In this document: positions 10,414 to 20,177 of the stretch, piece by piece
Position numbering within the stretch: the stretch's first letter is position 1
Layout of the letters: every line of letters begins with the position of its first letter
Origin: a virus
DNA length: 64,000 bases
Virus record (IMG/VR): IMGVR_UViG_3300045988_122718
Coordinates: 32,001-96,000 of that record
Direction: 5' to 3' (one strand)
The notes under the pieces: generated by a model
Seen by the model: the letters and a program-made list of their open reading frames with translations, nothing else
Told to the model about the DNA's origin: nothing
The model's database searches: none
Position numbers and translations under genes: made by a program

Positions 10414-11553
10414 ATGTCCTACATAAATACTATTGATATTAATGGAGTAGTATATAATTTAGGTAGTTTAACTGACGGTAATTATGAAGTTAATTTACCA
10501 CCAAATTTAAAAAATAATGATGTTTTCTTATTGCAAGGAGATGTTGTTAGTAATTTGGTTACACAGTCAAATATGCCACTTGCTGCAAGTCAAGGCAAGG
10601 CCCTTAATGACAAGATTAGTGAACTAAAAACGAGTTCTACAAACCAAGGAAACGACATTACACAGTTAAGAACGGCTATAAAAACAGGAGACTCTACGAC
10701 ATTATCTAGTGCAAAGTCGTATGCAGATGGTAAAGACACGGAACTTGATGGAAAAATTACGGCCCTCAGAACAGACATGGGTACTAATGATACGTCAACA
10801 TTGACATCCGCAAAATCATATACTGACACAAAATGCGGGGATACATTGACTTCTGCAAAAACATATTCGGACAATGGTTTTATAAATAAAACAAATATAG
10901 CAGACAATCTTACTACTGATTCTGCTGACAAAGTTTTATCTGCAAAACAAGGCAAAGCGTTAGAAGATAAAAAGTTTAATAAGGCAGGAGGAACTATTTC
11001 TGGAGCAGTAACTATAAATGGTGCTCTTACAATTGGTGGCTCTAATGGAATTAGTGTTAGTAAGGTTCCGACCGCAAACAATGATGTAGTAAATAAGAAA
11101 TACGTTGATGACAAAATTTCTGGCTATAGTATAGCTGATGATTCGATAACAACTGCAATGATTGTTGATGGTGCAATTACAAAGGCAAAACTAGGAACGG
11201 ACATTGCTTTAGACTCAAGTGAAATTGGTACAACAACCGAAGGTTGGACATATATAAAAATGAGTAACGGTGTTGCGATTGCCTGGGGTAGTTTTGAAAA
11301 TAGTGCTGGAGTTGGTTCTAGTGGTGAATTTTCTGAAGCATATCCAACCGGATTGTTTATAAATGCACCAGCTTGTACACCATTTTTGTATGCAAGTGGG
11401 CAAGATGTTGTCCAATTTAGTAAAGATGCTGGTGATAAGGATAATACACCAAAGATTGGTGTTCACTTATTGAGTTCAATACTTAAACCGGGCACATCAG
11501 AAGCATTGGGAACTATCAAAATTGACTATATTGCAATTGGTAAATGGAAATAA
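10414..11553 (+). CDS. tail fibre protein
   Basis: GGAGGTG at 10402-10408 favours the ATG at 10414 (MSYINTIDINGVVYNLGSLTDG). The track start at 10375 lies inside the terminator. The N-terminal adaptor is shared with the giant CDS at 2636, and SAKSY[AT]D repeats are present. Confidence 0.75.
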   Translation: MSYINTIDINGVVYNLGSLTDGNYEVNLPPNLKNNDVFLLQGDVVSNLVTQSNMPLAASQGKALNDKISELKTSSTNQGNDITQLRTAIKTGDSTTLSSAKSYADGKDTELDGKITALRTDMGTNDTSTLTSAKSYTDTKCGDTLTSAKTYSDNGFINKTNIADNLTTDSADKVLSAKQGKALEDKKFNKAGGTISGAVTINGALTIGGSNGISVSKVPTANNDVVNKKYVDDKISGYSIADDSITTAMIVDGAITKAKLGTDIALDSSEIGTTTEGWTYIKMSNGVAIAWGSFENSAGVGSSGEFSEAYPTGLFINAPACTPFLYASGQDVVQFSKDAGDKDNTPKIGVHLLSSILKPGTSEALGTIKIDYIAIGKWK

Positions 11554-11614
11554 TTGTCAATAAATCTATCGGCATATGTTGGTATTTTTATTTTGTATTA
11601 AGGAGGTAACACAA

Positions 11615-12496
11615 GTGGCAAACAAGACATTTAATACCCGCATTAAGAATAAGCGGGATACGAGTGCGAACTGGACTAGCAAAGACCCTGTTTTGTTAGA
11701 TGGCGAACTCATTATTGTTGACACAGCAAGTGGCGAGACAAGATTTAAAATTGGTGATGGCACCAAGAAATACTCACAGTTGCCATTCCAAGATGAGATT
11801 TTAAGAAATTCAAAAGTAGATTTGGACGCTGGTGTATATACTGCTACTGCTTCAAGCACTGATGGTATAGCATATTCTGCTACTGTTCCCGGTATTACTG
11901 CTTTAACCGCTGGCGCTAGTTTTATTATGATCCCAAATAAAGCAAGTACAAGCAAGGCACCAACATTAAATGTTAGCGGATTAGGCGCAAAGCCAATTAG
12001 GCGCAGACTAAGCTCTCTAACAACTAGCTTACAGCAAGGATATAGTACTAACTGGATTGCCCTCAATAAGCCGTTTACTGTAGTATATGATGGTACAGCA
12101 TGGGTTGTTGAAGGTCTGACAAAAACTGATGGTGCAGATGTGTATGGAGCAGTTGCACAAGCTACGGCAGATGCGAACGGAAACAACATTGCAGAGACAT
12201 ATGCTACGATTGTTATGCTGCAAAGTCTGTTGCCAAAGGTCACAACAATTACACTGACATCTAATTGGGTTGGAGATGCAAGCCCATATTATCAGGATAT
12301 TGCACTAAGTTGTGTAACAGAGACAAGCATTGTTGATTTGCAGCCAACGCCAGAGCAGCTTAACTCTTGGCAGGATGATGGGATTGCATTTACAACTTTG
12401 AGCGGAAATGGTACTGTGCGTGTTTATGTAGCTGGCGGTAAGCCAAGCAGCGCAATTTCAGTACAAGTTAGAGTACAGGAGGTGACGGTTATATGA
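11615..12496 (+). CDS. tail fibre protein with Mtd-like N-terminal domain (GTG start)
   Basis: AAGGAGG at 11600-11607 is followed by GTG at 11615, giving (M)ANKTFNTRIKNKRDTSANW..DPVLLDGE...FKIGDGTKKYSQL. This aligns with the N-terminus of the CDS at 1023. The track ATG at 11576 has no RBS. Confidence 0.7.
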   Translation: MANKTFNTRIKNKRDTSANWTSKDPVLLDGELIIVDTASGETRFKIGDGTKKYSQLPFQDEILRNSKVDLDAGVYTATASSTDGIAYSATVPGITALTAGASFIMIPNKASTSKAPTLNVSGLGAKPIRRRLSSLTTSLQQGYSTNWIALNKPFTVVYDGTAWVVEGLTKTDGADVYGAVAQATADANGNNIAETYATIVMLQSLLPKVTTITLTSNWVGDASPYYQDIALSCVTETSIVDLQPTPEQLNSWQDDGIAFTTLSGNGTVRVYVAGGKPSSAISVQVRVQEVTVI

Positions 12497-12693
12497 GTGG
12501 TTTATACGGAAATGTATGTGGAGGATTTGGTAATCCCAAGACATATGTTTTAACAGATAAAAACGGAAAAGAAATCACTGGTGTTCTAGTTGATAATTTA
12601 ACTGTCTTTACCGCTACCCCTGAAGATGTTCGTTCTGGTAAGGTCTTCGCCGGAGATGAAGGCGTAAAGACGGGAACGAATACATCAATTTAA
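12493..12693 (+). CDS. small hypothetical protein, translationally coupled to the upstream fibre gene
   Basis: ATGA start/stop overlap with the previous CDS. 66 aa with no recognisable motif. Confidence 0.5.
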   Translation: MSGLYGNVCGGFGNPKTYVLTDKNGKEITGVLVDNLTVFTATPEDVRSGKVFAGDEGVKTGTNTSI

Positions 12694-12741
12694 TAAATCG
12701 TTGAACTAATGATAAAGCTTTATTTTAAGGGAGGAATTTTT

Positions 12742-14254
12742 ATGCCTAATGGCGATTTTGAGCCTATGTATTCTACTAATAACATATGATACGATACCTA
12801 TACGGCGCAGTGCCTCACAAATCATCTTGAAGATATGGAGGCAGATATTGATACCTTACAAACCGGTAAAGCAAATGTAAATCATACGCATAACGAATAT
12901 TCTCCAATTAACCATGAGCATTCTGAATATGCTCTGGTAAATCATTCTCATACTGGGTATGCTCTTATTGGACATACCCATAGTTATAATGACTTAGAAG
13001 ATAAGCCAGTTATTCCGACTACTCTTCCTGCGAATGGCGGCAATTCTGATACTGTAGATGGCAAACACGCCGCAGATTTTGCGACTGTGGAATCAGTAGA
13101 TATGCTTCAAACCCTTGTTGGAAGTACTAGTGTCCAGTCTCAGATATCAACTGCAGTTGGTACTATAACTCCGACTAGTATTGGCGCAGCAGAAGAAGAT
13201 CATGTTCATAACTATAACGATTTAACGAATAAGCCAACTTCACTCCCAGCTAATGGTGGTAATGCGGACACTGTTGATGGTAAACATGCGAGTGATTTTG
13301 CAACATCTGCTGATATCACCATGCTTCAAAATTTAGTTGGTGACACGGCTGTTCCTACGCAAATTAATAATGCTATCACTTCTGCCACTAGTGATTTGTC
13401 AGATACATATGCTACAAAAGCAAATCCTAAATTTGAAAATAGTATTAGTATGAATAGAGAAACGTGGTCTACTGTCGGAACTAATAGTATTGCTATAGGA
13501 AATTATTGCCAAGCAAGTGGAAATTATTCTTATGCCGAAGGGTATTTTTCAAAAGCGACTACTTCGGAAAGCGTAACTCCAACTAGCTCAAATTCTTCAG
13601 ATTTAGGGTATTGTTGTCATGCAGAAGGTTATTTTTCTGTAGCTCGTGGCGCAATTTCTCATGCGGAAGGCAATGGAACATTAGCGTCAGGTGGCAATTC
13701 TCATTCTGAGGGTTGTAGTACTACTGCGAGTGGTGAATGTTCACATGCAGAAGGATATCATACTACAGCATCTGGAAAGAATGCGCATGCAGAAGGTATT
13801 TCAACAAAGGCGACCGGGGGATTATACTCATGCCGAAGGGTATTATAGTGAAGCTACAAAGAATTATGCACACGCGGAAGGATGCCAGACTGTAGCGAGT
13901 GGCACATCATCACACGCAGAAGGGGCGAACACAATTGCTTCTGGGTATCATTCTCACGCGGAGGGTGATGAAACAATTGCACAAACCTTAAGCCAACATG
14001 TAGAGGGTGCATATAATATACCGGATTCAGGCGGCAGTGTGTCTAGATATGGTAAATATCTTCATATTGCTGGTAATGGTTCTAATTTGGCTCGTTCCAA
14101 TGCTTACACTCTAGATTGGGATGGCAATGGTTGGTTTGCAGGAACTATTGAGGGGACGGCTATGATTTTAAAATCTTCAACACCAAATAGCACAAAACGA
14201 TTTAAAATCACTGTTGACGATAGTGGCGCTATAAGTACGACAGAGATAAATTAA
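12742..14254 (+). pseudogene. interrupted tail fibre gene with HxH repeats and YadA-head-like (SHAEG) repeats; in-frame TGA plus a +1 frame change
   Basis: A strong RBS (AAGGGAGGAATTTTT) precedes the ATG at 12742. An in-frame TGA lies at 12787-12789, and the same frame continues into track ORF 12835..13848. The (S/T)HAEG 14-residue repeat array then continues in the +1 frame (track ORF 13691..14254) right after a G5 run at 13816-13820. Confidence 0.6.
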
Positions 14255-14260
14255 GTACAC

Positions 14261-14287
14261 GGGCGGAGCCAACAACTCCGCCCTTTC
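14261..14287 (+). terminator. terminator-like hairpin
   Basis: GGGCGGAG, loop CCAACAA, CTCCGCCC, followed by a weak T tract (TTTC). Confidence 0.45.
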
Positions 14288-14319
14288 AAATATTAAAAAT
14301 AAGGAGGAGGATGTAATAA

Positions 14320-15150
14320 ATGTCAACTAAAAAATTACAAATTGTAACTCCTATTGTAACATCAGTTAATGGAGAAACTGGCGATGTTACATTAAATTCA
14401 GTTCAATATACCCCCCAAACTCTAACCCACGCCCAAAAGGCTCAGGCTCGTAATAATATAGGTGCGGCTTCTAAAGATATTGCAACCACATCAGCAAACG
14501 GCTTAATGAGTTCTACAGATAAAACCAAACTGGATGGTATTGCCAAAGGTGCAAATAAGACTACTGTAGATACCACTCTATCAACTACTTCTACTAACCC
14601 TGTGCAAAATAAAGTAGTAAAAGCTGCATTAGATGGAAAGGCTTCATCTTCTCATACCCATGATGAATATCTGTCTCACCCAATTCAGTTGCAAGAAAAT
14701 ACTGATTATGGGACAACTTTACCATCCAGTCCTACGAATGGACGTTTGTTCTTCCAAGAGACTTCTGTCACTAGTTTGATTGATTTAGTTTATCCAGTTG
14801 GCGCGGTGTATATTTCAATGAACCAGACTTCACCACAAACCTTATTCGGTGGCACTTGGACGCAGATTCAAGGCAGATTTTTGATTGGCGCTAGCACTGC
14901 TTATCCTGCCGGGTCAACTGGCGGTGAAGCTACTCATACACTAACTGCTTCTGAAATACCAAACCACACACATAGTTTCAAATATACTGGGCAAGCTATA
15001 ACAACTGGTGTTAATGCCATTCGTTTGTATCAGGCGGAGTCTAACCAGTATAATGCTTATTCTGGCGGCCAGTCATCCGACTGTGGTGGCCAAGCACATA
15101 ACAACCTTCCCCCATATATGGCAGTCTACATGTGGACGAGAACTGCTTAA
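14320..15150 (+). CDS. tail fibre protein with phage tail-collar domain
   Basis: RBS AAGGAGGAGG lies upstream. Motifs include LMSSTDKTKLDGIAKGANK and SSSHTHDEY. The C-terminus (VGAVYISMNQTSPQTLFGGTWTQIQGRFLIG...GGEATHTLTASEIPNHTHSF) matches the tail-collar domain pattern. Confidence 0.75.
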   Translation: MSTKKLQIVTPIVTSVNGETGDVTLNSVQYTPQTLTHAQKAQARNNIGAASKDIATTSANGLMSSTDKTKLDGIAKGANKTTVDTTLSTTSTNPVQNKVVKAALDGKASSSHTHDEYLSHPIQLQENTDYGTTLPSSPTNGRLFFQETSVTSLIDLVYPVGAVYISMNQTSPQTLFGGTWTQIQGRFLIGASTAYPAGSTGGEATHTLTASEIPNHTHSFKYTGQAITTGVNAIRLYQAESNQYNAYSGGQSSDCGGQAHNNLPPYMAVYMWTRTA

Positions 15151-15164
15151 GGAGGTGCATTTAA

Positions 15165-15974
15165 ATGGCAACCTCTGGATATTTTGACGGTGCAAAATCT
15201 ACATATGGATGGTATTTAAGGCTTGAATATAATGTAGTATCTTCAACATCTGTTAATTTGACGTTGAAGATTTATGATAGTACTGGTGAGTCACATAACA
15301 ATAATGCAAATAGTTGCTATTATGTTATTCAAGGTACGAAAACATACCAAACCTATAGCTATTCTTCAAAGGGCTGGTACACTTTAGGAAGCAAGACTGT
15401 TACTGTTAGTAGTTCTACTACGAACTTGGATATATCTGCTTCTTGGTATAGTGGATTTACGAGCCAATGGACCCCAGCATCACTAAGTGTTTCTGGCACG
15501 ATTACTGTCAACTCGGCTCCTAAGACAATATCAGTTACGAGTTTGAGCGACTGGTCGGGATATGAAAATACTTCAAAGACATTTAGTGTAACGGCTTCTG
15601 GAGGTACATCTTATACTTATCAGTGGTATTTCAATGGAACAGCTATATCTAATGCGACTTCACGTACTTATACGAGGACAATCAAGTATAGTGATGGTGA
15701 AGGACAAATTTACTGTAAAGTTACTGATGTTAGTGGTGCAGTGGCAATAACAAATAGAGCAACTCTATACGTTGGACTTGCTTCAAGTAAAAATAAAATT
15801 GAAGTTGAGCCGGTTAGTTTGGTAGAAATAAAAAAATCAAGTGGTTTTACAAAATATATTCCTTGGATTTATAAAAATGGAATTTGGAGTATTTATAGAT
15901 GGAATGTCCTCGAAGGGACCACTACTGAAGCAATTGCTGATTTGGCAGTTGCTGATATTGCTATAGCAACCTAA
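15165..15974 (+). CDS. structural protein with Ig-like domain (DUF859-like N-terminus)
   Basis: RBS AAGGAGGTG lies upstream. QWYFNGTAISNATSRTYT is typical of Ig-like domains. The N-terminal pattern loosely resembles that of the CDS at 46585. Confidence 0.55.
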   Translation: MATSGYFDGAKSTYGWYLRLEYNVVSSTSVNLTLKIYDSTGESHNNNANSCYYVIQGTKTYQTYSYSSKGWYTLGSKTVTVSSSTTNLDISASWYSGFTSQWTPASLSVSGTITVNSAPKTISVTSLSDWSGYENTSKTFSVTASGGTSYTYQWYFNGTAISNATSRTYTRTIKYSDGEGQIYCKVTDVSGAVAITNRATLYVGLASSKNKIEVEPVSLVEIKKSSGFTKYIPWIYKNGIWSIYRWNVLEGTTTEAIADLAVADIAIAT

Positions 15975-15990
15975 AGGAGGAGGTGAATAG

Positions 15991-18615
15991 ATGGCTCTTT
16001 CAAAAAGAACTTATGTGGGCGGCACCACAAAAATTACTGCCACAAACTTAAATGATATACAAGATTCAATTATTGCCTTGGAAGGTAAAGGAATAACAAA
16101 AGAAGAAGTTATTAACGCATTGGAATATACGCCTGCAAAAGCTAGTGATATTCCAACTACTGATATTTCTGCCAATACGGCGGCGAGACATTCCCATAGT
16201 AATAAGGATGTTTTAGATAATATAACTGAAATTGCAAGTATTTCTGGCGGAGCGGTTACTGGGGGTGTTAACGCACTTGTTACCAAAGAGATACTAGATG
16301 CTACTAGTCAACTGATTATGGATGAGATACCAACGGCCTTGAAAAACCCCCATGCACTTACTTTTACCGGTGCAGCCTCTGGAACGTATGATGGTTCAAG
16401 TGCAGTTACGATAAATATTCCAAGTGGAATTTCTTATGTAAACGTAAAAGATTATGGAGCAAAAGGTGATGGTGTAACTGACGATACGACAGCTGTGCAA
16501 AACGCACTTAATGCGGCTCAAGGCAAAACGCTTGTTATTGACGGAGTTTGCAAAATTACTGCACCTTTAGTTGTTAAAGACAATACCGAAATTATCGGTA
16601 TAGGTAGCCGTGCAAGCGGATTTGACAGCCATGTTGCAGGCACACTTTTCACAAGCGAAAACGCCAACGGTATTTATAAGTGCTTGTTTGAAAATTTAAG
16701 ACTCCGCAATCGTAACCTGTCTTCTACAGACACTGACGGACAATATGTCGGTCAAGTGTTCAGCTCTCTTTACGAAAGCAGAGTGACTGAGTGCTATGTT
16801 GAGCATTTTGCACAGATTTGTAGCAGAATGGCTCGTATCTCGTCAATCGACCACTGTGAGATGTACTATGTTAACAAGTCGCTCGTCAACGATGTAATTG
16901 ACTCGATGATTGAGTCAAACTACATAAACGCAAGAAATAATGCGGCAGGCCGAACAATAATGGTCTATGGATTGTTTAGCAACTCGATGTTCGCAAACAA
17001 TTTCTGCGACTACTGGGGAACTGCGTTTAGACTCGAATCCGGTAGCAAACCGAGTAATGTTATTGGCAACACATTCGACAACTGTGTATCGGTTTTCCGT
17101 GACTATGTAGTAGGATTAAGCATTGTAGGCAACAACTATACCAACATCAAGTATGTGTCTGCTAATTGGCAAGCTGGAGGTCAGCCGTCTGCGACAATTC
17201 AGGGTACTAAGTGGAGTGTATTCAAGTTTGATGGCGCAACAGCTTCTCACACAGGCGCATCTACACAGTGCTGTTTGCGCGATACAACATTCAACTCAAA
17301 CACTTTCAGCAATTGCTCCTACTATATAGATGTCGAAAATGGTGTTTCTGTTTATCCTGTTCAGCAATGCAAATTCTCCGACAATGCGTGGGAAGGTTTA
17401 CTTGTCGATGCCGCTTTCACTAATCCGCAAAGCGCATATGACAACGGCGGTATGCGGACAGTCTATTTTGACTTCTGGGAAGGACAAAGTGTAGATGTAC
17501 TTCCGTCCGCAAACCTTGTTAGCAACTCGGCAAAATCGGTTTTCACCTATGACGGACTGAATTTGTGGTATAAAAAGAGAGAAATCCGCAACTTCAACGG
17601 AGCGTGGAGATTCGCTGACGGCTCAATCTTGTCAAATGAAATTTGGGATTTGGCAGACAAAACTTATTTATCCAGAACTGTTGTGGCAAACAAATCGAGA
17701 ACATATTCAACGGAACATTGGTACAAAGTTAGTTATAATGGCTCAGAGTACACTGACGCTGGCTATGCGGGCAATCCTATAGTTTCCAACATTACCAAAA
17801 ATGGATTTACAATTCAGACCAAGAATACGCAGACGGGATTAGGTTTTTATCTGCCTTACGGCGCATTTACATTCTCAGCAACACTACCGACAGGCATAGA
17901 GGCATATTTGCTTGTTGTTCTTGCAAGCGGCATAGTCGAAAGTCGCAATCAAGTTGCAAGCGGTGCTACGCTTAATTGCAACGATGTGTCTAAGAGCTAT
18001 GTGTTGTTGTTTTGCAGCCGCACCACAATTGGCACTTATTCTGTGAACAACATCAGCATTAGGGATAATTCGTATGCGGAGGTCTCGACTGCGCCGTATT
18101 ACCCGAAGGAAGAAAGTCAAACAAAGAGCATCGCAGACATCGCAGGCTACTACACAAGTGACACGGTAGAGGGAGCACTTGCGGAAATCGGCGGCACACT
18201 TGACGAACTTAAGGATGCTTCAGGTATTACAATAGTAGACTCTGAACTTTCTGCCACATCAACGCATCCAGTCCAAAACAAAGTTATAAAGTCTGCGCTT
18301 GATGGGAAGCTGTCTACCTCTGGTGGCACTTTGACTGGCAACTTGACTGGTAAATACATAACTGGTACTTGGCTTAAGACCACTGACGCATCTGAGCTTT
18401 CGACAACTCCAGCGAAAATTGCTGTTTTAGATTCTACCGGATGGATTTATTATAGAACATTGGATCAGTTAAAGAGTGACCTTGGAGTTGGGAGTGGTAG
18501 CGGTAGTTCAAATCTTCCTGCTATTACAACTTCCGATAATGAAAAATTTCTACAAGTTGTAAACGGTGCGTGGTCTGCAGTTTCAATTCCTAGTGGTGAA
18601 GGAGTGAATTTCTAA
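15991..18615 (+). CDS. tailspike with right-handed beta-helix (pectate lyase 3-like) depolymerase domain
   Basis: RBS AAGGAGGAGGTG lies upstream. The hallmark VNVKDYGAKGDGVTDDTTAVQNALNAA is followed by a long Asn/Gly-rich region consistent with a beta-helix. The C-terminus carries a fibre motif (SATSTHPVQNKVIKSALDGK). Confidence 0.75.
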   Translation: MALSKRTYVGGTTKITATNLNDIQDSIIALEGKGITKEEVINALEYTPAKASDIPTTDISANTAARHSHSNKDVLDNITEIASISGGAVTGGVNALVTKEILDATSQLIMDEIPTALKNPHALTFTGAASGTYDGSSAVTINIPSGISYVNVKDYGAKGDGVTDDTTAVQNALNAAQGKTLVIDGVCKITAPLVVKDNTEIIGIGSRASGFDSHVAGTLFTSENANGIYKCLFENLRLRNRNLSSTDTDGQYVGQVFSSLYESRVTECYVEHFAQICSRMARISSIDHCEMYYVNKSLVNDVIDSMIESNYINARNNAAGRTIMVYGLFSNSMFANNFCDYWGTAFRLESGSKPSNVIGNTFDNCVSVFRDYVVGLSIVGNNYTNIKYVSANWQAGGQPSATIQGTKWSVFKFDGATASHTGASTQCCLRDTTFNSNTFSNCSYYIDVENGVSVYPVQQCKFSDNAWEGLLVDAAFTNPQSAYDNGGMRTVYFDFWEGQSVDVLPSANLVSNSAKSVFTYDGLNLWYKKREIRNFNGAWRFADGSILSNEIWDLADKTYLSRTVVANKSRTYSTEHWYKVSYNGSEYTDAGYAGNPIVSNITKNGFTIQTKNTQTGLGFYLPYGAFTFSATLPTGIEAYLLVVLASGIVESRNQVASGATLNCNDVSKSYVLLFCSRTTIGTYSVNNISIRDNSYAEVSTAPYYPKEESQTKSIADIAGYYTSDTVEGALAEIGGTLDELKDASGITIVDSELSATSTHPVQNKVIKSALDGKLSTSGGTLTGNLTGKYITGTWLKTTDASELSTTPAKIAVLDSTGWIYYRTLDQLKSDLGVGSGSGSSNLPAITTSDNEKFLQVVNGAWSAVSIPSGEGVNF

Positions 18616-19109
18616 TGGCAGAACAAGAATTTTTAGTAAAAGGAAGCACGTTGACTGGGGTTGCAAATGCAATTCGTTCAAAAGCAGGAATAACTGGAGC
18701 TTTTCCACTAAGTGAGTTTGCGTCGAAGATCGAGAGTATAAGTGCGGGAGAAGCATCTGTACTATCTGGAACTTTTAAGCCTACATCTTCAGCGATTCAA
18801 ACTATTACTCATAATTTAGGGAAAACTCCTTCAGGAATCCTAATTTATTATCCGATGGATAGTATGACTATGACACCTTCAGATGGATTATACTTTGCTT
18901 TTGGTAATACTAATACCCAGTTTGGTGTGCTGTATTCCAATAACAAATATAGATTTACGTTTGGTAAGACTAGCATTACTAGTTATGGATCAATGTCCTT
19001 CATAGCACATGCTAATTCAACTACTTTTCAAGTGGCAGTTTTTCGTAATGCTACTTCCGCAACAACTTATCTTGTTCCAAATAAGACATACCACTGGTAT
19101 GTTTGGTAA
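18615..19109 (+). CDS. hypothetical structural/accessory protein
   Basis: TAATG overlap with the tailspike stop. The N-terminus is LTGVANAIRSKAGI. No assignable family. Confidence 0.5.
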   Translation: MAEQEFLVKGSTLTGVANAIRSKAGITGAFPLSEFASKIESISAGEASVLSGTFKPTSSAIQTITHNLGKTPSGILIYYPMDSMTMTPSDGLYFAFGNTNTQFGVLYSNNKYRFTFGKTSITSYGSMSFIAHANSTTFQVAVFRNATSATTYLVPNKTYHWYVW

Positions 19110-19169
19110 AGATCTCCATAGGATTTGCTTCTACGGAGTAAATTAAAATAATAAAAAGGAGAATGTTTT

Positions 19170-20177
19170 ATGGCAAAAGTTTTTTTATCCCCAAGCGAAC
19201 AATTCAATAATTCCTACGCGTGGGGCAATACTACCGAAGGTGTGCAGTGTGGCAAGATTGCTAATGCTTGTAAGTCTGCACTTGAGCGTTGTGGCATCTC
19301 TGTAAAGCTACAGCATGAAGGTACGATGGCTAGTAAGTGTCAAGCTTCTGATGCTTTTGGTGCAGATTTACATGTTTGTATTCATACCAATGCTTGCAAT
19401 GGTAAGGTGAGTGGTACTCGTATGTTCTGCCATGACGCAAGTGGTAAAGGCATGAAGGCTTGTAGGGCTATTTTTAGCGTACTTGCACCTTTGACGCCCG
19501 GCAAGAGCGAGAATATTTCAGTTAATCCGCAGCTATATGAAATTCGTGTGCCAAATGCTCCTACTGCTTATATTGAGTGTGAGTTCCATGATGTGCCCAG
19601 CGTAGCAAAGTGGATTGTGGAGCATACTACTGATATTGGTGAAGCTATCGCTCATGGTATTTGCAATTACTTTGGTGTGACTTATAAGACAGCAAAGCCT
19701 GCTCCTGCCCCTACTCCAAAACCAACTCCTACTCCTTCTAAGAGTGAATTATATCGTGTACGTAAGAGTTGGGCGGATGCTGCTTCTCAGATTGGTGCAT
19801 TTGCAGTACTTGACAATGCTATTCGCGCTTGCAAGGAAGGCTATAAGGTATTTGATAGCAAGGGTAACGTTGTATATCCAAAGGCTGCTCCTGCAAAGAA
19901 GCCTATTGCTGTAATTGCCCATGAAGTAATTGAGGGTAAGTGGGGTAATGGCCAGGATAGAAAGAACAGACTAACTGCTGCTGGATATAATTACGACGAA
20001 GTACAGAATTATGTGAACAAGCTACTGTCTGCTCCTGCGAAAAAGAGCATTGATGAGGTCGCAAGAGAAGTTATTGCTGGTAAATGGGGCAATGGTGCAG
20101 ACCGTAAGAATAGACTAACCGCTGCTGGTTATGATTATGATGCAGTACAAAAGAGAGTAAATGAAATCCTCTCATAA
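19170..20177 (+). CDS. endolysin: N-acetylmuramoyl-L-alanine amidase with two Cpl-7 (CW_7) cell-wall-binding repeats
   Basis: Amidase_3-like pattern (ADLHVCIHTNA ... AYIECEFHD), a Pro-rich linker (PAPAPTPKPTPTPS), and two repeats of EVI.GKWGNG.DRKNRLTAAGY.YD.VQ..VN. Confidence 0.8.
   Translation: MAKVFLSPSEQFNNSYAWGNTTEGVQCGKIANACKSALERCGISVKLQHEGTMASKCQASDAFGADLHVCIHTNACNGKVSGTRMFCHDASGKGMKACRAIFSVLAPLTPGKSENISVNPQLYEIRVPNAPTAYIECEFHDVPSVAKWIVEHTTDIGEAIAHGICNYFGVTYKTAKPAPAPTPKPTPTPSKSELYRVRKSWADAASQIGAFAVLDNAIRACKEGYKVFDSKGNVVYPKAAPAKKPIAVIAHEVIEGKWGNGQDRKNRLTAAGYNYDEVQNYVNKLLSAPAKKSIDEVAREVIAGKWGNGADRKNRLTAAGYDYDAVQKRVNEILS

Noticed and set aside
10590-12243. Minus-strand ORFs 10590..11114 and 11566..12243, and other antisense ORFs within fibre genes (3318..3641, 7862..8344, 16011..16286, and others).
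   Set aside because: They are antisense to strongly supported fibre genes, with hydrophobic low-complexity products and no translation signals. They are shadow ORFs.
1023-12496. A diversity-generating retroelement, suggested by the Mtd-like N-terminal domains.
   Set aside because: There is no reverse transcriptase ORF in the window. I saw no template/variable repeat pair with adenine-specific differences, and the C-termini are not C-type-lectin-like. Only the N-terminal fibre module is shared with Mtd.
12787-12789. Genome-wide TGA reassignment (alternative genetic code) as the explanation for the in-frame TGA.
   Set aside because: TGA terminates several well-delimited genes here (ends at 12496, 21989 and 22495, and the RHH gene). 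In those cases the next gene starts immediately downstream, so TGA functions as a stop in this genome.
13691-13815. The upstream part of track ORF 13691..14254 (MAILILRVVVLLRVV...) as real coding sequence.
   Set aside because: This stretch is the +1 frame of the well-supported HAEG-repeat region. Only the part after the G5 run (13816-20) continues the repeat pattern.
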